A DNA stretch of 62,895 bases, counting the filler. It is 6 parts of 6 records of this genome, joined end to end, with 100 filler letters (N's around TTAATTAATTAA, not from the genome) between each part and the next. Parts side by side here need not be neighbours in the genome. Positions count along the whole stretch, not along the records: positions 37,138 to 45,646 come from SRR31156797_4414; positions 45,747 to 57,569 come from SRR31156797_4425; 4 more parts are not named here. One strand, 5' to 3'. Below the pieces are notes generated by a model that was not told the DNA's origin, searched no databases, and was given only the letters and a program-made list of their open reading frames with translations. The stretch's first letter is position 1, and every line of letters starts with the position of its first letter. Positions 40,002 through 49,249 of the stretch are shown one piece after another. The position numbers and the translations under genes were made by a program.

Positions 40002-41051
40002 ATGATAGATAAAAATAAAATACCCGTAGGCATATTAGGAGCAACAGGCTCAGTCGGCCAGAAATTTATCGAATTATTGCAGGATCATCCCTGGTTCCGG
40101 ATCACCGCATTGGGTGCTTCTGAACGTTCGGCGGGCAAATTATATAAACATGCCGCCAACTGGTTCCAGCAAACACCTATTCCGGCGCGAGTAGCCAATA
40201 TAGTCGTGTCCGAATGCAAGCCGAACCTGCCTTGCAAGATCGTTTTCAGCGGACTGGATGCTGCTGTTGCAGGTCCCATTGAAGAAGCTTTTGCTGAGGC
40301 CGGATATATCGTGATCTCGAATGCTAAGAACCATCGTATGTCCGAAGATGTACCCCTATTGGTCCCGGATGTTAATCCCGATCATCTTGCCTTGATCGAA
40401 AAACAAAAAAGCAAGGGCAAGATCGTCACCAATCCGAATTGTTCAACTACAGGTTTGGTGGTCGCACTAAAACCGCTTGAAGACGCCTTTGGCATTGATA
40501 AGGTATCTGTTGTTACCATGCAAGCTTTATCGGGTGCCGGTTATCCCGGTGTATCCAGCTTGGATATCATTGATAATATGGTGCCATATATTGGCGGTGA
40601 AGAAGAAAAAATGCAGATCGAGACCTTGAAGATCCTGGGAAAATTGAACAGCAAGAAAGTGGATTTTGCCGAGTTGACCTTGTCAGCTCAGTGCAATCGC
40701 GTTGCTGTTATGAACGGCCACACCGAATCGGTAAGCGTCAAGCTGAAAAAGCCCGCGAAAAAAGAAGAGATCATCAAGATCTGGAAAGAATACGAATCTG
40801 AACCACAAAAATTGGATCTTCCTTTTGCGCCCAAACCACCCATCTATTATTTTGACGATCCGCGTTTTCCTCAGCCGCGTTTGCATCGTGATCTGGGCAA
40901 TGGCATGGCCGTCAGTATCGGTCGTTTGCGGGACTGCAGTATTTTAGATTTCAAATTTACGGTTTTATCTCACAATACAGTTCGTGGAGCAGCCGGCGGT
41001 GCCATTTTGAATGCGGAATTACTCGTTAAAAAAGGCTACTATGAAGAATAA
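40002..41051 (+). CDS. asd: Aspartate-semialdehyde dehydrogenase
   Basis: GATGSVGQ, NPNCST and HNTVRGAAG. Confidence 0.96.
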   Translation: MIDKNKIPVGILGATGSVGQKFIELLQDHPWFRITALGASERSAGKLYKHAANWFQQTPIPARVANIVVSECKPNLPCKIVFSGLDAAVAGPIEEAFAEAGYIVISNAKNHRMSEDVPLLVPDVNPDHLALIEKQKSKGKIVTNPNCSTTGLVVALKPLEDAFGIDKVSVVTMQALSGAGYPGVSSLDIIDNMVPYIGGEEEKMQIETLKILGKLNSKKVDFAELTLSAQCNRVAVMNGHTESVSVKLKKPAKKEEIIKIWKEYESEPQKLDLPFAPKPPIYYFDDPRFPQPRLHRDLGNGMAVSIGRLRDCSILDFKFTVLSHNTVRGAAGGAILNAELLVKKGYYEE

Positions 41052-41973
41052 AAGAATAACGGCTTTTGCCCCGGCAAGTATCGGGAATGTGTCGGTTGGA
41101 TTCGATTGCCTCGGATTGGCGCTTGAAAAACCCGGTGATATCGTCAGCATTGAACCCGGTGATAAGCCGGGAGTAGAGCTGATAGATGTTCAAGGTGATA
41201 ACGGCCAATTACCTATGGAAACAGATAAGAACGTTGCAGGTGTCGTCATAAAGGCTATGCTTCATGCCTTAGATAGAAAAGATGCTCTTGCAGTACGCTT
41301 GCTTAAAGGCCTTCCGCTTCAAAGCGGCTTGGGTTCATCGGCATCTTCCTCTGTAGCGGCTGCTTTGGCCGCGAATGCTTATCTTGGGAATCCATTCAGC
41401 AAAAAAGAATTGATCCCTTTTGCCATGGAAGGGGAGAGAGCAGCTTGCGGATCGGCACATGCCGACAATGTGGCTCCCGCACTATTAGGCGGTATCACGC
41501 TTATCCGTTGTAATGATCCTCTGGATATTATTTCTTTGCCTTTTCCCAGGAATCTTTACCTTGCCGTGGTTCATCCACAAGTGAGTGTGGCGACTAAAGA
41601 TGCCCGTGCCGTTGTGCCTGAATCCATCTCCAGATCTATTGCGGTCAAGCAATCTGCACATTTGGCTTCATTTATTTCAGCTTTATATCAAAAGGATTGG
41701 GAATTGCTGTCGCGTTCAATGGTGGATCTGATAGCAGAACCTTACAGAAAGAATTTGTTACCGCATTTTGATGAAGTGAAAAAAGCCGCCCTGGAAGCAG
41801 GTGGCCTGACATGTGGGATATCCGGTTCAGGTCCTACCATTTTTACATTATGTAAAGGAAAAACCGCAGCCGAGAAGGTCGCGGTAAGCATGGGCAAAGT
41901 TTTTGCCGATAAGTTAATTGAAAATGAGATATATGTTTCGAAAGTGAATTCTAAGGGTGCAGAATTACTCTAA
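41041..41973 (+). CDS. thrB: Homoserine kinase
   Basis: PASIGNVSVGFD, PLQSGLGSSAS, HADNVAP and ISGSGPT. Confidence 0.95.
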   Translation: MKNKRITAFAPASIGNVSVGFDCLGLALEKPGDIVSIEPGDKPGVELIDVQGDNGQLPMETDKNVAGVVIKAMLHALDRKDALAVRLLKGLPLQSGLGSSASSSVAAALAANAYLGNPFSKKELIPFAMEGERAACGSAHADNVAPALLGGITLIRCNDPLDIISLPFPRNLYLAVVHPQVSVATKDARAVVPESISRSIAVKQSAHLASFISALYQKDWELLSRSMVDLIAEPYRKNLLPHFDEVKKAALEAGGLTCGISGSGPTIFTLCKGKTAAEKVAVSMGKVFADKLIENEIYVSKVNSKGAELL

Positions 41974-42063
41974 GAATTGAAAATTGAAGATCGGATATTG
42001 GAAATTACTTCAATTGTTTGAATGCTCTAATGTTCTATTGTTCTGATATCAATTTTATGATCT

Positions 42064-42465
42064 TTATTCCGTGACGAGATCATATGGCCAACGGGTATAT
42101 CCACCCCAATTGAGCATACGGGAATATCCTTCGCCTTCAAGATTACCGATGACCATTTGTGCGCGTCCGCCGGTTTCACAATAAAAGATAAGATTTTGTG
42201 ATTTTGGCAATTCATTTAATCTGTCCATGATATCACCGGAAGGAAAACTTTTTGCCGTTGGGATGTGTCCGTTATCATAAGCTGATGTGGGTCGGACATC
42301 AATGATCCAGATCGTGGAATCGGGAGTCTGCGTCAGAACCAACAGGCTTTCAGGCTCAAGATAGCGTTCCAGGTCAATACCATCGGTGGATGTATAGCCG
42401 GTGGAACATGAGAAAATGACAAAGATCAGAGCGATAAAAACAAGAATTGCGGTCATGCGTTTCAT
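42064..42465 (-). CDS. Rhodanese-domain lipoprotein
   Basis: Lipobox IFSC, IIDVR, GHIP and active-site CETGGR; Shine-Dalgarno AAGGAG before ATG 42465. Confidence 0.85.
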   Translation of the reverse strand: MKRMTAILVFIALIFVIFSCSTGYTSTDGIDLERYLEPESLLVLTQTPDSTIWIIDVRPTSAYDNGHIPTAKSFPSGDIMDRLNELPKSQNLIFYCETGGRAQMVIGNLEGEGYSRMLNWGGYTRWPYDLVTE

Positions 42466-42571
42466 TTTGAGATACTCCTTCGTTTGAATTGATGTTAACT
42501 TATGATGAAAAATTGAAAAACTGAACGAAAAAGAATAAATTGCATTGATGCATTGAAGAAGTTGAAATTTG

Positions 42572-42750
42572 ATTACCCCGAGTATGTCGAGGGGTAATAC
42601 CAAGCAATAACCCGGGATGAAATCCCGGGATAAAAGTCACTTAGAAACTGCAACCCAGACCTTGTGGAAGGGTTGAACAAATAAAACATTGATGATCATT
42701 GAAAGTATGTAGTAAACAAAGGCCAACCCCTCCATTAGTCGGGGTAAACC
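42572..42750. repeat. Cluster of REP/MITE-like palindromes
   Basis: ATTACCCC..GGGGTAAT, CCCGGGAT-GAA-ATCCCGGG, CAACCC..GGGTTG and ACCCC..GGGGT. Confidence 0.55.
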
Positions 42751-42790
42751 CATATGACCTTTTTACATTAAACCAAAATATAAAGAAAAC

Positions 42791-44098
42791 ATGAAATATT
42801 TTAGTACAAACCACAAAGTAGACCCCGTTGATCTGAGAACCGCTGTTCTTCAAGGCTTGCCTCAGGACAAAGGCCTTTATATGCCGGAAGAGATCCCGAC
42901 CATGCCGCAGCGTTTCTTTGAAAATATGCATGTTTTGAATTTCAGGGAATTATCTGCTGCCGTTGCATTAACACTTTTGGGTGATGATCTGCCGTCTGAT
43001 GTGATCGTTAAGATCGTGGATGATACGCTTTCTTTTAATACACCTCTGGTCAAACTTGATGACAAGAATTATGTTCTGGAGCTATTTCATGGTCCGACAT
43101 TGGCTTTTAAGGATGTCGGTGCCCGGTTTATGGCCCGTTTGATGGCATATTATCTTAAAGATAGTAAGGAAAAAGCCACCGTATTGGTTGCAACCTCAGG
43201 CGATACCGGTTCTGCGGTGGCGCACGGATTTTATGGAGTGGAAGGCATTGACGTTGTTTTACTGTATCCTTCAGGCAAGATCTCCAAGGTTCAGGAACAG
43301 CAATTAACAACACTTGACAAAAATATTACGGCACTTGAAATCGAAGGTTCTTTTGATGATTGCCAGGCATTGGTTAAACAGGCTTTCATTGATGAAGATC
43401 TCAATAAAAAAATGATGTTATCGTCCGCAAATTCTATCAATCTGGCACGATTACTGCCTCAAACATTTTATTATTTCAATGCTGTGGCACAATTAAAAGG
43501 ACGCGGTGTGGAAGAAGCGCCGGTAGTATCTGTACCCAGCGGAAATCTAGGAAATCTGACTGCGGGATTGATCGCCAAAAAATTAGGTTTACCCATAAAA
43601 GGGTTTATCGGAGCATGCAATAAAAATGACAGCTTGACCAAATATCTCAAAGAAGGTGAGTATAAATCCCAAAAGACCAAACATACCATATCAAATGCCA
43701 TGGATGTCGGTGCCCCCAGCAATATCGTCAGGATCCAGGATCTTTACGGTTATGGCGTTCCATTTATGAAGCAGGATCTTCATAGCTGGTCCTTTTTTGA
43801 TGAAGAGACAAAAGACATGATGAAGCAAAGCTATGATCAGTACGACTATATGCTTGATCCGCATGGGGCGGTTGGCATGTGCGGTGCCGAAAAATATCAT
43901 AAACTGGTCAATGGCAACGATCCTGTCATCGTTGTCGAAACGGCACATCCCTCAAAATTCGGTGATATCGTTAAACCCGTACTGGGAATAGATCCTCCCA
44001 TGCCTGAAAGGCTTGAAAAAGTCCAGCATCTTGAAAAGAAGGCGATCAAGATGGGGACGGAATTTGGGATGTTTAAAGAGTATTTGTTGTCGAGGTAG
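42791..44098 (+). CDS. thrC: Threonine synthase
   Basis: LELFHGPTLAFKD, ATSGDTG, SANSIN and TAHPSKF. Confidence 0.96.
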   Translation: MKYFSTNHKVDPVDLRTAVLQGLPQDKGLYMPEEIPTMPQRFFENMHVLNFRELSAAVALTLLGDDLPSDVIVKIVDDTLSFNTPLVKLDDKNYVLELFHGPTLAFKDVGARFMARLMAYYLKDSKEKATVLVATSGDTGSAVAHGFYGVEGIDVVLLYPSGKISKVQEQQLTTLDKNITALEIEGSFDDCQALVKQAFIDEDLNKKMMLSSANSINLARLLPQTFYYFNAVAQLKGRGVEEAPVVSVPSGNLGNLTAGLIAKKLGLPIKGFIGACNKNDSLTKYLKEGEYKSQKTKHTISNAMDVGAPSNIVRIQDLYGYGVPFMKQDLHSWSFFDEETKDMMKQSYDQYDYMLDPHGAVGMCGAEKYHKLVNGNDPVIVVETAHPSKFGDIVKPVLGIDPPMPERLEKVQHLEKKAIKMGTEFGMFKEYLLSR

Positions 44099-44113
44099 AA
44101 AAAATAAAAAACA

Positions 44114-44157
44114 TGTCATCCCGGAAAAATGTTCAGTGGACATTTTATCCGGGATCT
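44114..44157. repeat. CGTC/TGTC-type REP-like palindrome after thrC
   Basis: TGTC-ATCCCGGA-AAAATGTTC..GACATTTT-A-TCCGGGAT-CT. Confidence 0.65.
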
Positions 44158-44386
44158 AAATTATCAAGCGATGGGGCATATTGAAATGATTTCTCACTTG
44201 AATTTCGATATACTTCGATATCATTAAGATCATTTTCATCAAACCATGACTTTGAAAGATCAATCAAATTTGGATTAATTTCTTTAATCAATTCCCACTT
44301 CCACTTTTTACGCCATCGTTTACGCTTTTTCTTTCATTCTGCTCCCTGATACATTACATTTCGTTTGAAACTTGAAAGGGTTGAAA

Positions 44387-45565
44387 ATGAGTAAAACCAT
44401 CTGTTTACGGAACGGTACGGTCTTCACCGGGATCGCTATGGTTGAGCGTGCTTCGGTGATCATTCGTGACGGTAAGGTATCTGATGTCGTCAGCAATGAC
44501 AAAATGAAAGATATTGATCTACCGGACGATACAACAACTATTTATGTCAATGGAGCAACCATTGCTCCGGGATTCATTGATACACATATTCATGGATTGC
44601 ACGGCTATGATACGTCTGATGCCAGTCCTGAATCCATTCTTGAAATGTCAAAGGCTTTGGTTGAATACGGCGTGACTGCATTTTTGCCGACCCTTTACCC
44701 ACAAGAACACAATAAATTCATTGAATGTATTTCAGCGATCAAAGAGGCCATGGGCAAAGAAGAAGGTGCCAAGATATTTGGTGCCAACCTTGAAGGCCCT
44801 TTTATTTCCCGTGAAAAACACGGTGCGCTGGATCCCAAATACATGATCCCGGTCGATCTTGAAAAAATGAAACAATATAACGAGGCAGCCGACGGAAACA
44901 TCGCATTGATGACCGTTGCACCTGAATTGGATAATATCCATGAACTGGCTCTGTATTGTGCAAAAGAAGGTATCGTCTTGGCAGCAGGACATTCAAATGC
45001 AACTTATGACGATATGATGGAAGCCGTTCAAGCGGGTATTCTTCACTCAACGCACTTTTTTAACGCCATGCGCCGTTTGCATCACCGCGATCCGGGTGTG
45101 GTGGGTGCCATTATGATCTATCCGAACATCGCTTGTGAAATCATTGCCGATGGATATCACCTGCATTCAGCTATTGTAAAATTGCTTCAACGGGTTAAAC
45201 CCATCCATAAGATCGTTCTTGTGACTGATTGTTTGCGTCCCACGGGACAAAAAGAGGGTAAATTGCTTGCGAACAATGAAGAAGTTTACCTTAAAGACGG
45301 TTTATTCACCAGAAAAACTGATGAAACCATTGCAGGATCCGCGTTGACCATGATCAAAGGTGTAAAAAACCTTGTTGAAGATATGAGTGTGCCTCTGGAA
45401 GATGCACTTCGCATGGCTTCCTGTAATCCTGCTACCGTGATCAGCAAACAAATAGAGACCGGTTATATCATGCCGGGACGTGATGCGGACATCGTTGTTT
45501 TTGACGATGATTACAATGTACGCATGACCATGGTCAAGGGTGATATAAAGTTAATGAAAGAATAA
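44387..45565 (+). CDS. nagA: N-acetylglucosamine-6-phosphate deacetylase
   Basis: PGFIDTHIHG, LEGPFI, TVAPE, GHSNA, THFFNAM and IAGS. Confidence 0.92.
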   Translation: MSKTICLRNGTVFTGIAMVERASVIIRDGKVSDVVSNDKMKDIDLPDDTTTIYVNGATIAPGFIDTHIHGLHGYDTSDASPESILEMSKALVEYGVTAFLPTLYPQEHNKFIECISAIKEAMGKEEGAKIFGANLEGPFISREKHGALDPKYMIPVDLEKMKQYNEAADGNIALMTVAPELDNIHELALYCAKEGIVLAAGHSNATYDDMMEAVQAGILHSTHFFNAMRRLHHRDPGVVGAIMIYPNIACEIIADGYHLHSAIVKLLQRVKPIHKIVLVTDCLRPTGQKEGKLLANNEEVYLKDGLFTRKTDETIAGSALTMIKGVKNLVEDMSVPLEDALRMASCNPATVISKQIETGYIMPGRDADIVVFDDDYNVRMTMVKGDIKLMKE

Positions 45566-45587
45566 ATTCTAACTATAAATTTTTGCT

Positions 45588-45646
45588 CTGAGCACTGAGC
45601 ACTGAGCATTGAGAAATTGAAAATATTGTAGAGACGCCCCGAAGCT
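45588..45646. repeat. (CTGAGCA)3 heptamers and the start of a GTAG-type REP-like element at the contig end
   Basis: CTGAGCA x3, then GTAGAGACGCCCC. Confidence 0.6.
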
Positions 45647-45746
45647 NNNNNNNNNNNNNNNNNNNNNNNNNNNNNNNNNNNNNNNNNNNNTTAATTAATT
45701 AANNNNNNNNNNNNNNNNNNNNNNNNNNNNNNNNNNNNNNNNNNNN
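45647..45746. other. Artificial contig linker
   Basis: Same N/TTAATTAATTAA spacer. Confidence 0.98.
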
Positions 45747-45747
45747 T

Positions 45748-46782
45748 ATGAGTCATGAGTTAAAAACACCATTAAACTCAATAAATGTGATTAGTGATTT
45801 GATGAGAAAAAATACTCAAAAAAACTTAGATGAAAAACAAGTGAAAAGTTTACAAATTATTAATAAATGTGGAAAAGATTTATTATTTTTAATAAACGAT
45901 GTACTTGATTTGTCAAAACTTGAAGCTGGGAAAATTGAATTAAATTTTGACACAATTGATATAAAAAACTTTGCAAATAATGTTTATGACATGTTTAATA
46001 CTCAAATAGAAGATAAAAATATCGATTTTGAGTTTGAAGTTGATTCGAGTTTAAAATATATTTATATAGATGAAGATAGATTAAAACAAATAGTTAAAAA
46101 CCTTTTATCAAATGCAGTAAAATTCACTTCAGCTGGGCACAAAATTAGATTCCTAGTTAAAGATGAAGGGAAAATGGTTAAAATAACTGTAGAAGATACA
46201 GGAATTGGTATAGCCGAAGATAAGCTGGAACATATCTTTGATAGATTTAAACAAGTTGATTCAACTACAACGCGCAAATATGGTGGAACAGGATTGGGCT
46301 TGGCTATTTCAAAAGAGTTAGTTGAACTACTTGATGGGTCTATACGGGTTGAAAGTAAAGAGGAAAAAGGTACGAAATTTGAAGTGCTTATTCCCAAAAA
46401 AGATGAAAATATAAAAGATACTAGTACTTTAGTTTTATCTGACAACGATGAAAATAAAAATGAACTAAAACAAAAAGTATTGATATTAAATAGTGACCCA
46501 ATTGCATTTTTACAAATTGCTTTAGAGATGAAAAAAGTTTATGATATTACACTTTTTTCAAATCTTGAAGATTTGGCTGATGAATACAAAAAAGAAAAAG
46601 TAAAAGTATTAATTGATGAAAGTAAACTAACAAAAACGCAAATTGATATAATAAAACAAACAATAGATAATATTGATTTGATAACAATTTTTGAAAATCA
46701 AGACCAAGTAATATTTGATAAAACATTTCAAAGACTGGAAAAATCTACATTTAAAACAGAAAATCTAAATCTTAACTCTTAA
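45748..46782 (+). CDS. Sensor histidine kinase, 5'-truncated
   Basis: H-box MSHELKTPLN, N-box NLLSNAVKFT, G1 DTGIGI and G2 GGTGLGL; degenerate receiver-like tail. Confidence 0.92.
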   Translation: MSHELKTPLNSINVISDLMRKNTQKNLDEKQVKSLQIINKCGKDLLFLINDVLDLSKLEAGKIELNFDTIDIKNFANNVYDMFNTQIEDKNIDFEFEVDSSLKYIYIDEDRLKQIVKNLLSNAVKFTSAGHKIRFLVKDEGKMVKITVEDTGIGIAEDKLEHIFDRFKQVDSTTTRKYGGTGLGLAISKELVELLDGSIRVESKEEKGTKFEVLIPKKDENIKDTSTLVLSDNDENKNELKQKVLILNSDPIAFLQIALEMKKVYDITLFSNLEDLADEYKKEKVKVLIDESKLTKTQIDIIKQTIDNIDLITIFENQDQVIFDKTFQRLEKSTFKTENLNLNS

Positions 46783-46986
46783 AAATAACTTTTAATGGGA
46801 TTAACTTTATAGTTAGTTTCATAAAAGCTGTATATTTTATATAAGAAATTCTATATTTTAATCAATGATATGCTATTTTTATCACTTATTGTGAAAACAA
46901 TTAACATGTAGTATGTAATTATTAATCTAAAAAATATATTAATAATTACATAAAATATGAAAAATTTATAAAACAAAAGGAGTTTA

Positions 46987-48540
46987 ATGTCCACTAAAGT
47001 GTACGATACAGATTATGAGGTTGGTCAAGATAATGTAGAAATAATGGGAATGGATTTACATAACCCAGTATTTTTTATGAGTGCAGTATTAATATTATTG
47101 TTTGTAATATTAACTTTACTTTTCCCCGCAGTAGCAAAAGATGCGTTAGATGGAGCAAAATGGTGGGCAATCAATAATTTTGATTGGTTGTTTATGGCTT
47201 CAGGAAATATATTTGTTGTATTTTGTATAAGTTTAATTTTTCTTCCAGTAGGAAAAATAAGACTAGGTGGGAAAAATGCTAAACCTGAATTTTCAAGACT
47301 TTCTTGGTTATCGATGCTTTTTGCAGCTGGAATGGGTATTGGATTGATGTTTTGGAGTGTTGCTGAACCAGTAGCATATTATACAGCTTGGTATGAGACG
47401 CCACTTGGAGTTGAACCAAATACAAAAGCAGCAGCTGAATTAGCTCTTGGCGCAACAATGTATCATTGGGGATTACACCCTTGGGCAATTTATTGTGTAG
47501 TTGCATTATCTCTTGCATTTTTTACTTATAACAAGAAATTACCCTTAACAATTAGGTCTGCTTTTTATCCTATTTTTGGTGATAGAATTTGGGGATGGAC
47601 AGGACATATTATTGATTTACTTGCAGTTGTTGCAACAATATTTGGTCTTGCCACATCTTTAGGATTAGGGGCACAACAAGCAAGTAGTGGATTAAATTTT
47701 TTATTTGGAATTGATTCTGGAATTTCAACTCAAATTGCTATTGTAATTTTAGTTACATCTATCGCAACTTTTTCTGTAATAAGAGGTCTTGATGGTGGAG
47801 TTAAATTATTAAGTAATATAAATATGTTTATTGCAATTTGTTTATTGTTTTTTGTAATTGTTGTTAGTTCTCAATTTGGGATTTTTTCTAACTTTTTTAC
47901 TACAGCAAAAGATTATATTGTAAACTTAATTCCCCTAAGTAATTGGGTTGGAAGAGAAGATTCTGCATGGTTTCATGGTTGGACTGTTTTTTATTGGGCT
48001 TGGTGGATATCTTGGTCTCCATTTGTTGGAATGTTTATCGCTAGAGTATCAAAAGGTAGAACGGTTAGAGAATTTGTAACAGCAGTATTATTAATTCCTA
48101 CACTACTTACTATTTTATGGATGAGTGCATTTGGTGGTACTGCAATTGAACAAAATATATCAGGAACTGGACAATTAGCAAATGGAATTTCGGATGTTTC
48201 TTTGGCTATGTTCCAAATGTTAGAAAACTTACCTTTAGGTCAAATTACTTCATTTTTAGCAATTGTATTAGTATTAGTATTTTTCATTACATCTTCAGAT
48301 TCAGGATCTCTTGTAATTGATAGTATAACAGCAGGTGGAAAAGTAGATGCCCCTGTTCCACAAAGAATATTTTGGGCTGTTGTCGAGGGATTAATTGCAG
48401 GTTCTTTATTGTTTATTGGTGGTAAAGAAGCACTTAAAGCTCTTCAAGCAGGTTCTGTAACAACAGGCTTACCTTTTACTATTGTGTTATTACTTATGTG
48501 TATTTCACTATATAAGGGCTTAAAAAGTGAAAAAATATAG
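46987..48540 (+). CDS. BCCT-family (betaine/choline/carnitine) transporter
   Basis: MLFAAGMGIGL, HWGLHPW and GWTVFYWAWWISWSPFVGMFIAR. Confidence 0.95.
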   Translation: MSTKVYDTDYEVGQDNVEIMGMDLHNPVFFMSAVLILLFVILTLLFPAVAKDALDGAKWWAINNFDWLFMASGNIFVVFCISLIFLPVGKIRLGGKNAKPEFSRLSWLSMLFAAGMGIGLMFWSVAEPVAYYTAWYETPLGVEPNTKAAAELALGATMYHWGLHPWAIYCVVALSLAFFTYNKKLPLTIRSAFYPIFGDRIWGWTGHIIDLLAVVATIFGLATSLGLGAQQASSGLNFLFGIDSGISTQIAIVILVTSIATFSVIRGLDGGVKLLSNINMFIAICLLFFVIVVSSQFGIFSNFFTTAKDYIVNLIPLSNWVGREDSAWFHGWTVFYWAWWISWSPFVGMFIARVSKGRTVREFVTAVLLIPTLLTILWMSAFGGTAIEQNISGTGQLANGISDVSLAMFQMLENLPLGQITSFLAIVLVLVFFITSSDSGSLVIDSITAGGKVDAPVPQRIFWAVVEGLIAGSLLFIGGKEALKALQAGSVTTGLPFTIVLLLMCISLYKGLKSEKI

Positions 48541-48563
48541 ATTAGGAAGCTTTTCCTAATCTA
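48538..48563. terminator. Hairpin after the BCCT gene
   Basis: TAGATTAGGAA-GCTT-TTCCTAATCTA. Confidence 0.55.
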
Positions 48564-48793
48564 ATAAAAATCAAAATTTTGGAGAATTAGGCATATTCTC
48601 TGGAAAATCTTTCTATTACAATTCTCAGTTTTCATATATAATAGTTATTAGTGACATTAGTATTAATTTAGATAAATATAATACTTTTAGTTATGCTATT
48701 AAAATCAAGTCAAAAAGATTCTGTTGTTATCGAAATATTTTTTAAAGGAAAGTATTTCAATAACTTTGTTTATACAGTAAAAAAGGTTAATGA

Positions 48794-49249
48794 ATGGAAT
48801 ATATAAATGTAGATAATAAAAGGTATGAATTAGGAGATATTCCTGATGATACACCAGTATTATGGGTATTAAGAGACCATCTAAATATTACTGGAGTTAA
48901 GTTTGGATGTGGTGTAGCTATGTGTGGTGCATGTACAGTTTTACTTGACGGAAAAGCAGTTAGAGCTTGTCAAACTTCTTTAAAAGACGCAATTGGAAAA
49001 GATATAACAACTATTGAAAACAAAGAAGATAAAGAGATTAATTTATTAAGAAAATATTGGAGAGAGGAAGATGTAGCTCAATGTGGTTATTGCCAACCAG
49101 GACAAATTGTAAATGCATCAAGTTTATTAAAACAAAATAGTAAACCAACCGAACAAGAAATAATTGATGCCATGGATGGAAACATCTGTAGATGTGGTAC
49201 ATATAATAGAATTAGAACAGCTATCTCAAAAGCAGCAAAGGAGTTATAA
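48794..49249 (+). CDS. (2Fe-2S) subunit, isoquinoline/aldehyde oxidoreductase alpha type (IorA-like)
   Basis: GCGVAMCGAC, QCGYCQPG and NICRCGTY. Confidence 0.92.
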   Translation: MEYINVDNKRYELGDIPDDTPVLWVLRDHLNITGVKFGCGVAMCGACTVLLDGKAVRACQTSLKDAIGKDITTIENKEDKEINLLRKYWREEDVAQCGYCQPGQIVNASSLLKQNSKPTEQEIIDAMDGNICRCGTYNRIRTAISKAAKEL

